From Chiloscyllium plagiosum (lineage: Eukaryota), in assembly GCF_004010195.1 (NCBI RefSeq), contig NC_057719.1, forward strand, positions 54,471,077-54,535,076: DNA of 64,000 bases, read 5' to 3'. Every line of letters begins with the position of its first letter. Within the stretch, counting starts at the first letter, position 1. Position numbers and translations under genes: made by a program. The notes beneath the pieces are model-generated. The model was not told where the DNA came from and did not search any database. It was given only the letters and a program-made list of their open reading frames with translations. Below, piece after piece: positions 14,478 to 27,754 of the stretch.

Positions 14478-17254
14478 GTGCTTTTGGCAATTCCAAACCA
14501 GTTGTATTATTAAATAACTGCATACACATCCAATCACCTCTAGATTTCTCCATGATCTCACTATATTTACCAGACATCTTTATCCCCTTTCCTTGCCCTT
14601 TCACAATGCACCTTATTGAGCCACATTCCAAAACTGCTGACTTCTGCATCTATAATGCAATCTTCCCCTGTAACAGGCTACAGGCTTCTCCCTAAGATAT
14701 ATATTTTATATATATAAAACCCGTGGCTATGATTATCTGGGGATCTTAACTAAAGTGGGTCAGACCCTTCCCTTCTATCCAGTGCTGAATCCCAGACTTT
14801 GAACCAGCCTGGTATAGAATCATCTCTCAGTATATTCAAGGATGTTCCTGATCCAACTATCTCTGTACAAACAACTGCAGCTGCAATAGTTTGCTCCTAC
14901 TCAACAGGATCCTTTCTATATTCATTGCAAAACCTTTTGTGTAATATCTTAATCCTGTTACCTTGGATATATTCCTTCTAAAAGTTATGATTGCCTTCTG
15001 TTATAGTTTAACTTTAGATACCAAACTAAACAAGCTATTACAGCTAAAAATCTCCCTCAGCCATTTTATGTCAACTAGGAACCTTCTTCAGCCATTTTAT
15101 GCTACTTTCAGCCATGGGCAGCCCCAAAAATAATATATTTACTGCAGTAAAAGAAAAGTGAGAATTCTGCTATAAAGAATCTAATGATCAGATATTCACA
15201 CACAATATATCACTGTGGAACATTTGGAAAACAAAATTGCAGAAAGATTTTACCCAACTGGGAATAAGTAAACACTACTATCCTTTTGAAATTACAACTG
15301 CACATGTTAGTATTTAATTAACTGGGACTTCTCATTGTCTTAACACTGTAAGGAACAGATTTCTCGACATTCAAGATGATTTGGATGCTTTATAGGAATA
15401 ATGATAATTCATGAGGTAATTTTCCAAGGGATTTTAGAAGATCCACATTGGGATTCTGAGAATACCATTTAGGGAAGGTCAGGGAATATTGTGAAGTTCC
15501 AAAATCTGGTACCAGCGAGGAATGCGCTGTGATATGGGAGCACTGCAAGTTAGATCTTTGGATCGAGAAAACTTGTGGCCACTGTTGGATGGAACAGTCT
15601 TCAAATTGCAAATGCTATTCCACTATTTAAGAAAACCTGATCATTGTGGATCAGTCCATTTAAAGTCAATTCTAGGGAATTTCCCAAAATCTACCAGAGA
15701 TGGCAGAACAAGATTCTTGATTTATGAAAGGAAAATTACATTCCTCCACTCAGGAGTATGACAAATGTGTTAATGTCAATGGATGTTGTCTTATAGACTT
15801 TCAGGAGGTTTTTGATGAAATAATATCAAGTCGACTGATTAAAAAGTGACAACAAGTTTTATTTTAGTTGACTGGTATTTCAATAGTCACCTAAATAATA
15901 ACGTTTCAAAGATAAATACTTTATAGCTTTTAGGTCGACTTGAGGTCTGTATTAAGTTTCATTTCCCAGCCTTTAAGGCGTAATTGCAAATTCAATCACG
16001 AGCTTTTGTTTTATTTAGATTTTTCTTTCAACATAATGAAAATGTGTGGTATTCTCAATAAAAATTCAATGATTTACTGCTTTGTGAGAACTGCAAGTAA
16101 TTGATATACTGATTAAGTAAATGACATTTTTTAAACTTTAAAGAAAGATTATTTCCCTTTTAAATTGGTAGAAAAGAATAAAATCTAGAGTAATGTTTGT
16201 GTACTAAGGGTTTTTTTTATATATTGTAGTAGACAGATTTTGTCACTGGAAATTTTTTTAAGTAAATACAAAAGACAAAAATATTAAAATTATAGCTGAC
16301 TATACTAAAATATTGCAGGTTCTACCCTATGGTCACATTACCATGACCTTTAAATTTCTGACCGAACATAAAACTATTATATTGGCTGTTCCTCTTTCTG
16401 GACTTACAAATTGTGGTTATCCCCTCTGGTAAAAGAAAATATACAAAAATGCCAAATTGTCAACTACAACAAAATTTAAAATCTAAGGCTGGCTACTTTG
16501 ATTGTTTTTCTTTATGAAATCTTAGTTTGTCATTAATAAAGATATATGTAGTCATTAGAAACAGATTGGTGATCAATGGCAGATTTGGTCAGATCAATAT
16601 GAAGGACACATAAATCAATGACAAATGTAGAAATGCACATTTAACCTCAGTTTACAAGGTCAGAAAATGGAAAGTTTAAGTTAACAGCCAGAAAGTATGT
16701 TGCAAATATATCTTATTGCCAATTGCTTTTAGAACCAAATGAATCAGTAATCTTACAATCTTCAATTAAACAGATGCCATTAATGTAACAACTGGTTTAT
16801 TAGAATCTGCAGTTAGTAAAATACATTAATTAGTTTTGAATAGTTATATTGGATGTACTGTAAACATAACTTGTTGAAAATTAAATCTAATCCATCAGTC
16901 ACCAAGAGCTAAAAACTAGATGGTCAATAAATATTTTACTTTGTTAAACATCAAAGCATGTATTTCTACAATTTTAAGATACTCCTCCATTAAATTAGGA
17001 TATATAACACTTTTGGGGGGGGCGCAAAACTTACAAAGTGGCATCCCTTTCATCCACACTCACTTCTGATTCAACTCACACCAGATGAAATGTTAATTGG
17101 AGCACAAGGATCTATGTGCTCCAATTGAAAGTCCTCTTGAAATTTACAGGGTAAGAGGTTTATGGTTTCATTTCCACCAGTGCTATCACCTTGGAGCTCA
17201 ACAGCCCAGAACTGAATTCATAAACAGGAAGAACCCCTTTCAGTGCTATTTCAA

Positions 17255-17468
17255 TGTCAGAAGTCACACAACACCAGATTATAGCCCAACAGATTTATTT
17301 GAAATCACAAGCTTTTGGAGCATTGCTCTTTCATCGGGTAACAAGATCCACCTAGTTCCTCCTCTGCAGCAGTCCAAAAGCTTTGATTTCAAATAAACCT
17401 GTTGGACTATAAGCCGGTGTAGTTGACTTCTGACTTTGCCCACCCCAATCCAATACTGGCATCTTCAT
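17255..17468. mobile_element. Palindromic element, second family
   Basis: cacacaacaccagattatagcccaacag...aaacctgttggactataa inverted arms; minus-strand decayed hammerhead CCGATGA-aagagc-aat-gctcc-AAAAGC. Confidence 0.7.
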
Positions 17469-18081
17469 TGCTATTTCATTGACTGAAGGCCCCTTTGAGA
17501 TGGGGCAGTTCTACCTCACGCCCCAAATCTTTGCAGGCTTGACACTGTTGGCTCTCTGCTTTCCAAAAGATACAATAAGCGCTCCCGCCTCATGTATCAG
17601 AGCCTCCTTAAATCCCTTCGATGAGCCCAGACAAATACACATCTGGCGCTGGAAGAAATCAGCATGATGGGGGATATTATTCTTGAAGTTAAGCAGAAAG
17701 AGGGGGCTGGAGAAAGAGCTCACCAGTGATAAAGAATGGGAAATTTGATATTATGCCCTGAGGGTAGTGGCCTCAGGGAATTCCCATCAGGAAAGTATTA
17801 TGAAACCCTTTACAAGGTTAGGTGTACTGACTATTGCATCTTCAAGATAAAGGTAGCCTTCCTGTACATTTTTGAAGCTACTACAATCATTGAAGGAACC
17901 CACAATTCAGCCATTAGCTGGGGCCTCTCACTAGTCACTGTGGTGTTCACTGTGGAGTTTAGAGCTACAGCCACTCCTTTTAGCTGAGAAGAAACAAAAT
18001 ATATGTTCGTATAATGTCTCCCCTTCAGTTTTTAAGAAGGGGAAGGGAACTAGACAATTAGACTATAAACAGGAAGGACCT

Positions 18082-18306
18082 TAAAATAACTGCACAAAGG
18101 ACAGTTTCCCATCACCAAGTCACCCATTATTTGCCTGTGCACAGTACACTGGCTGTGGCCAGTCACCTCAGAGACTGTCCCTGAAATGAGGAGCTTATGA
18201 CTCTCCTGCTTATATTGATCAGCCAGGGCTTCCTCACTGGCCCAGATTAACAACTCCAATCAAGGATCTCAAGGTCAATGTAATCTAACAGGTTCCAATC
18301 ACTACA
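18082..18306 (-). repeat. Diverged copy of the putative solo-LTR family
   Basis: Reverse complement resembles 35529-35755; flanks gacct/gacca (5-bp TSD-like, 1 mismatch). Confidence 0.55.
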
Positions 18307-19507
18307 GACCATTACAAGGTTGGTGTTTCTTCCTGAAACAGCAGCAGAAGTTATTGATCACTGATATTCTTTCTCTGAGAAACTTGGTGGACAGGAACGA
18401 ACCTGGTATAATCATTTCCTTCTCCCCTCCCATTACATACAGTACCATCCACCAGTAGAAAAGTGCAAAACTGCATCCACCTCTTAGTTTTTCTTCCCTT
18501 CAAGCAAAGCCAAGTCCTTGGGGTATTATTTCTTCCCACCAAATATAGTTGAATGAGTTTTTTCTCCTGTATGAGAAAGAAGATCTCAGTTTATCTCTCT
18601 GTCTTCATCTGCAGCCAATAGTAGGCAGTGCTATCTTGTGACTGAGCTGATCTCCCAATCAAACAGCTTATGGGTTTTTGAGAACCTAGCTATACCTGCC
18701 TCTTTGTCGGCCATGTCGAACAATCCCTCTTGAGTACCTACACAGGCACTGTGCCCCAAAACTTCTGCCGTTACATCAATGACTGCATCGGTGCAGCATC
18801 CTGCACCCAGGCTGAACTGGAGCAGTTCAACGACTTTGCCCACAACTTCATCCTCGTCCTCAAATTCACTTGGTCCATCTCGGACATCTCCATTTCCATT
18901 TCCAGCAACAGTCTACAGATGGATGTTTACTACAAACCCACAGACTCCCATAACTACATGGACTACACCTCCTCCCACTCAGTAGCCTGTAAGAACTCCA
19001 TTCCATTCTCCCAATTCCTCTGCCTTGCTGCATCAGACAACAAGACATTCCACTCCAAAGCATCACAGATGTCCACCTATTTTGAAGAATGTGCTTTTCC
19101 CCCTCTGTCATCCAACAGCCCAACTACAACTCCTCCTATCCCTGCTCCACTGCTCTAAACCCCACTCCTTCCAAACACAATAAAGACAGAGCCCCCCGTG
19201 CCCTTACTTACCATCTCACCAGCCTCTGCATTCAATGCATCATCCTTAAACACTTCTGCCAATTCCAATTAGACCCCACCAACAAGAACATCTTCCCTTC
19301 CCCCCACCCTCTGCAATGAATGTTCCCTTTGACAGTCCTTGGTTCTCACCACTCTCCCAACCAACACCCCCCAAACCCCCAGGTACCTTCCCTTGCAACT
19401 GTAAAAGATACAAAACCTGCCAGCACACCACCCCCTCACCTCCATCTAGGGTCCAAACTAGTCCTCTCAGGTGAGATAGAGGTTCACCTGCCTCTCCTCC
19501 AACCTAG

Positions 19508-19726
19508 GGGAAAGTGAGGAGTGCAGATGCTGGAGATCAGAGCTGAAAATGTGTTGCTGGAAAAGCGCAGCAGGTCAGGCAGCATCCAAGGAGCAGGAGA
19601 ATCGACGTTTCGGGCATGAGCCCTTCTTCAGGAATTCCTGAAGAAGGGCTTATGCCCAAAACATCGATTCTCCTGCTCCTTGGATGCTGCCTGACCTGCT
19701 GCGCTTTTCCAGAAACACATTTTCAG
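19508..19726. mobile_element. Palindromic Penelope-terminal-repeat element nested in the older PLE
   Basis: ~96-nt inverted arms centred on ggaattcc at 19631-19638; TSD ctctcctccaacctag at 19492-19507 and 19727-19742. Confidence 0.92.
19604..19631 (-). ncRNA. Minimal hammerhead ribozyme core
   Basis: Minus CTGAAGA-A-GGGC-TCAT-GCCC-GAAAC-GTC. Confidence 0.65.
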
Positions 19727-22589
19727 CTCTCCTCCAACCTAGTTTACTATATCCAGTGCTCCCGATGTGGTTCTCTCTTCATCGGAGAGACCAAATGTAA
19801 ACTTATGGAATGCTTCGCTGAGCATCTCAGCCAGACCCACAGGGGCTGACCGGACCTCCCAGTCACTGCCCATTTTAATTCTCCTTCCCACTCCCTTTCC
19901 GACATGACCATCCTTGGCCTCCTCCATTACCAAACCGCAAAATGGAGGAACCTCATCTTTCACCTGGGCAGCCTACAACCCAAAGGACTCAGCATTGAGT
20001 TCTCCAATTTCAAATAACCTCCCAACCCATCCCCTGACTCCCTTCCCAGCCCCTCCCCCTCTCCCACCCTTCCATTCCTCTGATCAATCCATCTTTCCAG
20101 CTACCAACCAGTTGCGTTCCGCCCATCAACCAACCAGGTCGCAACCTCTACCTGTGTTCATCTGTCCCCACCTCACCAACCCGGCCCTATCCCCACCCAA
20201 AACGCACCCCATTTCCCACACTCCCTTTATCTGTAGCTCTCCTTTTACCCACCCCCAGTCCTGAAGAAGGTTACACCCGAAACATTGACTTCTGCACCTC
20301 CTGATGATGCCTGGCTTGCTGTGTTCTTCCAGCTTCCTGTCTGTTGACCTTGGATTCCAGCATCTGTAGTTTTTTTGTCTCTAACTCTGTTTAATTAATC
20401 AGGGCATGTCCATCTACTGAAGCTGGCCTTTGGAAACAGAAGTCCATCTCCCATTGACTTTGTATGCGCAGCTCCCAAAACCAAACTCCTCTACATCTTG
20501 TGGCCAGGAAAATCTTCTCCCCACAGACTCAGCACAAGAATGAAGTCTCCTTTCTACTATCTTGAAGTAAATAATACAAACATAATTAGAGCATCCAGCC
20601 CTTTAAGGGAAAATTAAGCATTTAAATAAAAGCATTATTTTGAGGTATGATAATGTACGTTAGGTTTAGTCTGATCACAGAAGGCTTGAGGCTTACCTCT
20701 GGACACTGTGTGTCTCTCACCAGGGTTACCCAGGCCCTGTATAATGATTTGTATAAGCTTAGCTTTTTTCAAGGCTGCAAAATTCCCAGAAGATTCAGGA
20801 GCCCGTGAACTGACTTACCCTCTGCATGTAATGCCTTTCACTCCAGATCCTGTATGGAAAGAGAGGGGACTCCAGTGTAAACAGCCCTTCCTAGGGGCTT
20901 CATACCACCAGATAGCAAAATGGAATGCCAGGGAATATCTGGACAACTAACAAAGGGGAGGAATTAAAGATGTGTACCAACACCTTAGTCAGGAAACCTC
21001 TCCATGCCAATCAGAAAGTCACAAAGCAAATTTCTTTTTGACAGTTCAAATTGTCAGACATGAGTCTCCAAGGGTCCCATGCATCCACAAGGATATCAGT
21101 TCAGACAGAGGCCCACGCATCTTTCAGCCATTTTGACACCACACATTCCCTCGAGACCAAGTGTTATTATTTGAATTCCTTGTCATTGAATGTCAAGAGG
21201 ATGTGTTTAGATTTTCTCTTGTTAGAAATGGTTGCTTGGCATTTAAGTGTCATGTATGTTACATATGACTTATTATCTTTGTTCTAAGTGTTGTCTGGGT
21301 GTTACTGCTTGGTGGCATGGACTACTTCAGTTTCTGAGAACTGCAACTGAACTTTGTACAAACACTAATGAACGTCTTCGCTTCTGATCCAATGATGACA
21401 ATCATCAGTAAAACATTTGAAGACAATCAGATTTAAGACACAAGCCTGAGGACTTCATCCAGAGTGTTCTGGGGCTGAGATGACTAATCTCCAACAACCA
21501 CAAACATCTTTTTTTGTGCTAGGTATGACTCCACCTGGACCAGGGTCACTGTAAAGCAGACCAGAAAGAATATGCAGCTTGCCAGAATCACTGTGCAGTG
21601 GATTGTAAAGGAATTATAACAGGTAAGGATCACTGAAATGAGATAGCAGATTACCAAACTGCGATATCACAGGAAAGTTGGTGAGCGTTATAGCTTTACA
21701 TCCTTATCTCCAATGTTATGAATTTAATCTGAGGAAGCAGAGGATCAATATTTTCTTTTTATTTTGATAATAAGCATTAGCTGGTGAGACTACTTTTTAA
21801 GCAGTCAGTTGTAATTATAATACTATCTAATGGCAGGGCAATTCTAATTCTTGGACTGCACGTCCTCTTCCATTTGGGTGACAAAGATATTTCTTGTAGC
21901 AGGTCAACTTCTCCAATTCGGAGCTTGGGCAGCAGCTGGAATCACAGTGGCACATTGACATGGTTGAGAGCTTCGTGACTAGCACATTCATAAATAGGCT
22001 CACCCTGCAGTTCAAGCACACACAGGGAAAGAGTGAAGATTGCCAATAGTTAGGAAGGACTCAGCAGGTAAAGCAAGAGTCCCCTGAGTGTATGCTACTG
22101 TCTGACCATTATTCAGTTCTGCACATTAATTCTGAATACTTACAAAAATGATGGGGTGTGAAGCTAGCATTAAGCCCATGGCACATAAGTATAGGAAATG
22201 GAGGATAGATATTATAAATACATATTTGGAGAAATGATCCTTGGGACATAAGAATCAGTTTGGTGGGGGCAGGGGACGGGGGTGCGTCGAGACATGCAGC
22301 CTTTACAGGCTCGATGTTTTTACACATAAACAGAGTTGAAGACAACTTCCTTATCGGACTATTTGCTTATGCTATTGCTGAGGGTCTAAAATAAGCTACC
22401 AGGGATATGACATCCAGTTAGAGACAAATACCAAGATGCAAAGTATTTTGTGAGAAACAGATAGTACTAGAGTAAGTAGGTAAGTATTAGGTGGATTCAG
22501 TGCAAGACTGAAAGTAATATATTAGGGTCACACATACATTTATGTTATTGCGTGAAGTTAAATAAAACTTGAGTTGCACATGCAAACAA

Positions 22590-24207
22590 CTATGTAGAAA
22601 TATGATGATGAAGTGATAACAGAGACTTGGCTCAAGGCACAGCCAACTGAGTGTTATATATTCCTAAATACAAGGTTTTCAGAAATGATAAACAAAAAGG
22701 CAACAAAGCAGGAGAGGCAGGCATATTGAATTAGAAAGATGTGCAATTCTGGACAGGGAGAATGTCCCAGATATGTCAAGGACAGAATTTATTTGCCCAG
22801 AGCCTAGGAACAAAAAATGTGCAATTACATCACCCAATATAGTTTCTCAACTAGTTGGAAAGATGTAGAGGACCAAATTTGCAAACTTGTTAGTTAGAGG
22901 CTGAGGGGTGACCTTATAGAGGTTTACAAAATTATGAGGGGCATGGATAGGATAAATAGGCAAAGTCTTTTCCCTGGGGTCGGGGAGTCCAGAACTAGAG
23001 GGCATAGGTTTAGGTTGAGAGGGGAAAGATATAAAAGAGACCTAAGGGGCAACCTTTTCACGCAGAGGGTGGTACGAGTATGGAATGAGCTGCCAGAGGA
23101 TGTGGTGGAGGCTGGTACAATTGCAACATTTAAGAGGCATTTGGATGGGTATATAAATAGGAAGGGTTTGGAGGGATATGAGCCGGGTGCTGGCAGGTGG
23201 GACTAGATTGGATTGGGATATCTGGTTGGCATGGACAAGTTGGACCGAAGGGTCTGTTTCCATGCTGTACATCTCTATGACTCTATGACTCTAAGTACAA
23301 ACATTATACTGCAGTTATAATAGGGGCTTAATTACCTGAATATGCATGCTGTGGTAACAGGCGTGAATCTTTGAAAGAGCAAGGATCGATTAAGATTGGT
23401 GGTGATACATGCCAGATTTTATCAGAGAGGCATAGAGTTAAAAAATGAAGTCACACAAAACCTGTACTAAACACCACTTCAGCCTCAAATGAAATATTGT
23501 ATCTATTACTGGGCACAAGACTTGAGGAAGAATGTAGGCAAAGGTGAGGACTGGAAAGCAGAGTTTAGATTAGAGTGGTGCTGGAAAAGCACAGCAGGTC
23601 AGGCAACATCCAAGGAGCAGGAAAATTGACGTTTCGACCAAAAGCCCTTCATTCCCGGTGTGCTTTGCATGCTGACCTGCTGTGCTTTTACAGCACCACC
23701 CTGGTCTAAACTTTAGGAAGAATGTGACAGCATTAGAAAGTGGGTGGAAAAGATTCACTAAAATGGCTTCAGAGAAGAAGGATTCGGGAAGTTGGGACTG
23801 CTTTCCTTCAAGAAAGGAAGATTGAGAGGAGATTTAATAGAAGTATTCAAACTCATGAGGGGTCTGGACAGAGTGGATGAGGAAAGATTATGCCCATGTG
23901 TGGAAGCAAGAAGAATTGGAGGGCACAAATTAAACTTGTTTGACAGAAGAAGAAATGGAAACAATGAGGAAAAACCTTTCGAGCATGTGGTTAGGCTCTA
24001 GAACGCACTGCTTGATAGTGTGTTGGAGGTAGGGTGTGATGATGATTTCTATTGCAAATTGAAACAGCATCTGAAAAGGAAACTAATCTCAGGGCTACAG
24101 GGAAAAGGGTGGAGTGTGGCATGAGGCAAATCGAACCTTTAGAGGACCAACGCAGACATGGTGGGCCAAACGATTTCCTTCTGTGTTAAAGCCATTCTAT
24201 GATTCTG
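22590..24207 (+). mobile_element. Old CR1 containing a young CR1 3' end (22894-23292)
   Basis: MRGMDRINRQSLFP..FTQRVVRVWNELP with ctctatga tail repeats; RLRGDLIEVFKLMRGLDRV with ttctatga tail. Confidence 0.9.
23536..23709. mobile_element. Palindromic Penelope-terminal-repeat element in an old CR1
   Basis: Inverted arms; actt(g/t)aggaagaatgt at 23520 and 23710. Confidence 0.85.
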
Positions 24208-26037
24208 TGGAGACATTTCCTCTTGATTTTCATTGACTTCAAATTTGTTAATGCTTCTCAATGCTACACTCGATCAAATGCTGCCTTGATATGAAAACAG
24301 TGACTTTTATCTCATCTCTAAACTTTAGCTCCACTGTTCTTGTTTGCATTAAGGATATAATAAGTTGATTTTTTCTTGCAGAAAGCAAAGTGAGCATTGG
24401 TGAGCAAGTCGTTGCTAAGTACCACTTCAGAGCACTGTCAATGATAAAGTGTTGTTTTTGATTGAGAATAGATTGGGACAGTAATTGGCAAGATTGTTAT
24501 TGCCCTGCTTTATGTATGCAGTGCATAACTTTACAATTTACTGCGCTATCAGATAGATGCCAATATTGTAGCTGTACTGGAATGGCCTGGATAGAGGCTC
24601 AACTAGTTTCTGAATACAAATCTTCAGTACTACAGCAATGTAATCGAGCCCTTTGCCTTTCCTTTATCTGGACCACTTAGCTGTCTCTTGATATCACATG
24701 GAATCTGTGATGCTGGGGACCTTAGGAGGATCAACCACTCAACATCACAGCCTGAAGATGGGTGCAAATCTTTTAGCTTTGGCTTTTTGCACTGACTTGT
24801 TGAGTTCCCCCATCATTAAGGGTGGACTGTTCCTGCAACCTCATCGCCCCTTGTGTTGTTTAATATCTATGACTATTCATAACTTTTTTTAAAAACAATT
24901 TATTTGGACTGGGGAGCATTCTATGAGGTAACACTGTTATCAATATTATTATGATGGTTGCATTTTCAAAAGGTATATTAGGAGGATAATGTTAAATAGA
25001 CTTTGTCTAGTTTTGGTTCTCTTACTATTTGCTGCAGACTTTGTCTCACAGCTATGGCATTTAGAATATGGAGAGCTCAGTCAGTGATGGCTCTACTGCA
25101 GCGCTCTTAGTGTTGGGCACCAAAAATAGGTTATGGCCCATTGCCAGTATCACTGCTTTACCAAAGTGGTATTTGACTTTATGGAGCACTAATTTATTAA
25201 CTGATGAAAAGTGGTAGGTGATAATCTGTTGTTTTTATACTTATGTTTGACATTATAAAAGTGACATTGTGAGGTCCTGAACCTATGCTGAGGATATCAA
25301 AGGTTGCTTCCCCCAATTATATACCACTGATCTGCCACCATTCATGGATTTGTCTTATATACTGGACAGATCATACTGAAGGGTATGATGTTGATGGAGT
25401 TTGGTATGTTAGTTGGAACATATAATTCTGTAAGAATGACAATGTCAAAGCGTTGCTTTCCTAATCTGTGGCACCGTCCTCCTAATTTTGGCATGGCTTC
25501 CATAAGTTAGTGAGGAAGACTTGGCAAAGTTAACTGATCAGTCAGCTCAAGTTGGCCTGATTTCTGCACTGGAAGAAATAGGTGTCAGTTACTCATACAT
25601 CAAAATCATCCTGTCCATATTTCGGACTATTGACTTTGCCCCTATTACATTATACAGTGACCTTCATAAAATGAAAAAAATGAAAACTAGCAGTAATGTT
25701 GAAGGCTTTGGTGGATTGTTGACAAGCTTCCATTGATTATGGTGTAAAACAACATTTCATTGATCGTTGAAGTATTGCCAACTTCAAAAGGAAATCAGAG
25801 CAACATAAGCTTCATAAATTTTAGTTTGCCATGAAATAGAAAGGACCTGTCTGTCTCTTGAACATTATCAATTTGTACCAAATACATGTCATGATTATAG
25901 AATGGCTAAAAATAAGATGGGATCTGTGTTTTGCTGATTGTGTAGCAGCCAGTCATTGTTTAAAAAAGGTACGCTTGACAAATTCAAATGCAACTACAGT
26001 TGAAATGTTATTTGTTTGTTAATATACCAAAACATTT

Positions 26038-26383
26038 GGCACAGTGCTTTGCACTTAGCTTAGTGATTAGCACTGCTGCCTCACAGCGCCAGGGATCCAG
26101 GTTCAATTACAGCCTCGGGCAACTGTCTGTGTGGAGTTTGAACATTATCTCTGTGTCTGTGTGGATTTCCTCCAGGTGCTCTGGTTTCCTCCTACAATCA
26201 GGTTAGTTGAATTGGCCATGCTAAATTGCCCACAGTGTTCAAGGATGTGTAGGTTAGGTGCATTAGTCAGGGATAAATATACGGTAGGGGAATGGGTCTG
26301 GCTGGGTTACCCTTCGGATGGCCAATGTGGACTTGTTGGGCCGACGGGCCTGTTTCCACACTGTAGAGATTCTATGATTCTAT
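26038..26383 (+). mobile_element. HE1-type SINE
   Basis: ttagcactgctgcctcacagcgccaggga...gtgtggagtttg...tgtttccacactgt; ttctatga tail. Confidence 0.88.
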
Positions 26384-27049
26384 AATGTAATAATATAGAG
26401 GCATTCCAAAAAGCTAGCGCATTTTATTAATTGAATAGTGCAATTGAACTAATAAACTAAATATGTTCATTGGTGACTTGTCTTAGGTTTAAAAATATTA
26501 GGCCATATGTTCTAATATTCCTGTAAAACTATACATCAGTAAATAGTACAACAAAGACAGTGCTCAAATTCTAATGTCTTCTCATTCATTTATCTCATAT
26601 CTTCTCTTATTTTTGTTAAAACATAAAACTCTGCTGAAGGTTACAATGAATCTCCAAATTGGGTAGCAGATCACGAGGCAAAGTCCAGTGCTGCATCAAT
26701 ATCACTTTATGATTCCAATGCCATGTTTCCAAGGGAATGGTTTATGGATGGATCCTTCACATAACCCTTCACCGAACATGTACGTTTGAGGTGAGGCCAG
26801 TTGGTGGAAGGGTGCTGGCAATGGTGTAAAGGGAAATCCTCTCACTCTATCCCAGCTTTCCTACTTTTAATTCTGATATGGACCTCAGCAGAAATGTGCT
26901 CCTCCTGAAAACTCTGCATCTCCTCTTTTTCTTCTTTAATATGAAGTATACAAGTTATTTTGACCAAGCTTTTGGTCACTTATCTTATTATTTGCTTAGG
27001 ATTTTTCTAATAAACTCTGGAATTAGCTGTTATTAATTTTAATTGAATT

Positions 27050-27520
27050 CCAGAATTTTGACCCAGTGACACTGAAGGAATGGTGATATATTTCCAAGTC
27101 TGGATAGTGAGTGGCTTGGAGGGCATGGTGTTCCCACATAAAGTATTGTTTCTGCTGTGGCTGTTTCTGGTGCCGAGGTCAATGCCAGTTGATCCATGTC
27201 TTTGCTTTACTTTCCAGTGGATCGTACAACTGAATGGCATGCTAGGCCATTTCAGATGGCAGTTGAGGGTCAGCCACATTGTTATGGGTTTGGAGTCAAA
27301 TGTAGGCCAGATCAGGTAAAGATGGCAGTTTGCTTCCCAAAAGGCCATTCGTGAGCCAAATGGATTTTTTCAATAATCTGCAATGGTTTCATCATTAGAT
27401 TCTAAATTCCAGGTTTTTTTTTATTGAATTCAAATTCCATCATCTGCCATGGTGGGATTCAAACCCTGGGTCCCAAAAACACTACAAAGGTCTTTGGCTT
27501 AATAGGTTAGCGATAATACC
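27050..27520 (-). mobile_element. Old tRNA-like SINE family (unclassified)
   Basis: Minus box-B-like GGGTTTGAATCCCACCATGGCAGATG; homologous + copies at ~27545-27754 plus 28972-29115 (split by CR1) and ~36495-36860. Confidence 0.6.
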
Positions 27521-27754
27521 AAAATACCAAAAGGCACCAGCCGATCATATCACTGCACTAATAATCTAGAAGCCCAGGTTAATGCTTACTGATTTAACTC
27601 CCTAAACAGAAGCACCCAAAGGAATTTAAATGCAATTAATAAATCTGCAACATAAATCTAGTCACATTAATAATGACCATGGTAACTAACATTGATTGTT
27701 GCAAGAACCTATCTGTCTCACTAACATCTATTAGCAAGGAAATCTGCCATCCTT

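Larger units (their letters stand above)
18688..20381 (+). mobile_element. Penelope-like element, 5'-truncated and degraded (RT + GIY-YIG + terminal repeat)
   Basis: CRYINDCIGAASC, DVYYKPTDSHNYMDYTSSH, LVYYIQCSRCGSLFIGETK..FAEH; C-rich tract then terminal repeat with a hammerhead-like core at 20261-20286. Confidence 0.9.

Noticed and set aside
14302..14695. 115- and 124-aa ORFs (also 38626-38859 and 47773-48036)
   Set aside because: Chance read-through of SINE sequence
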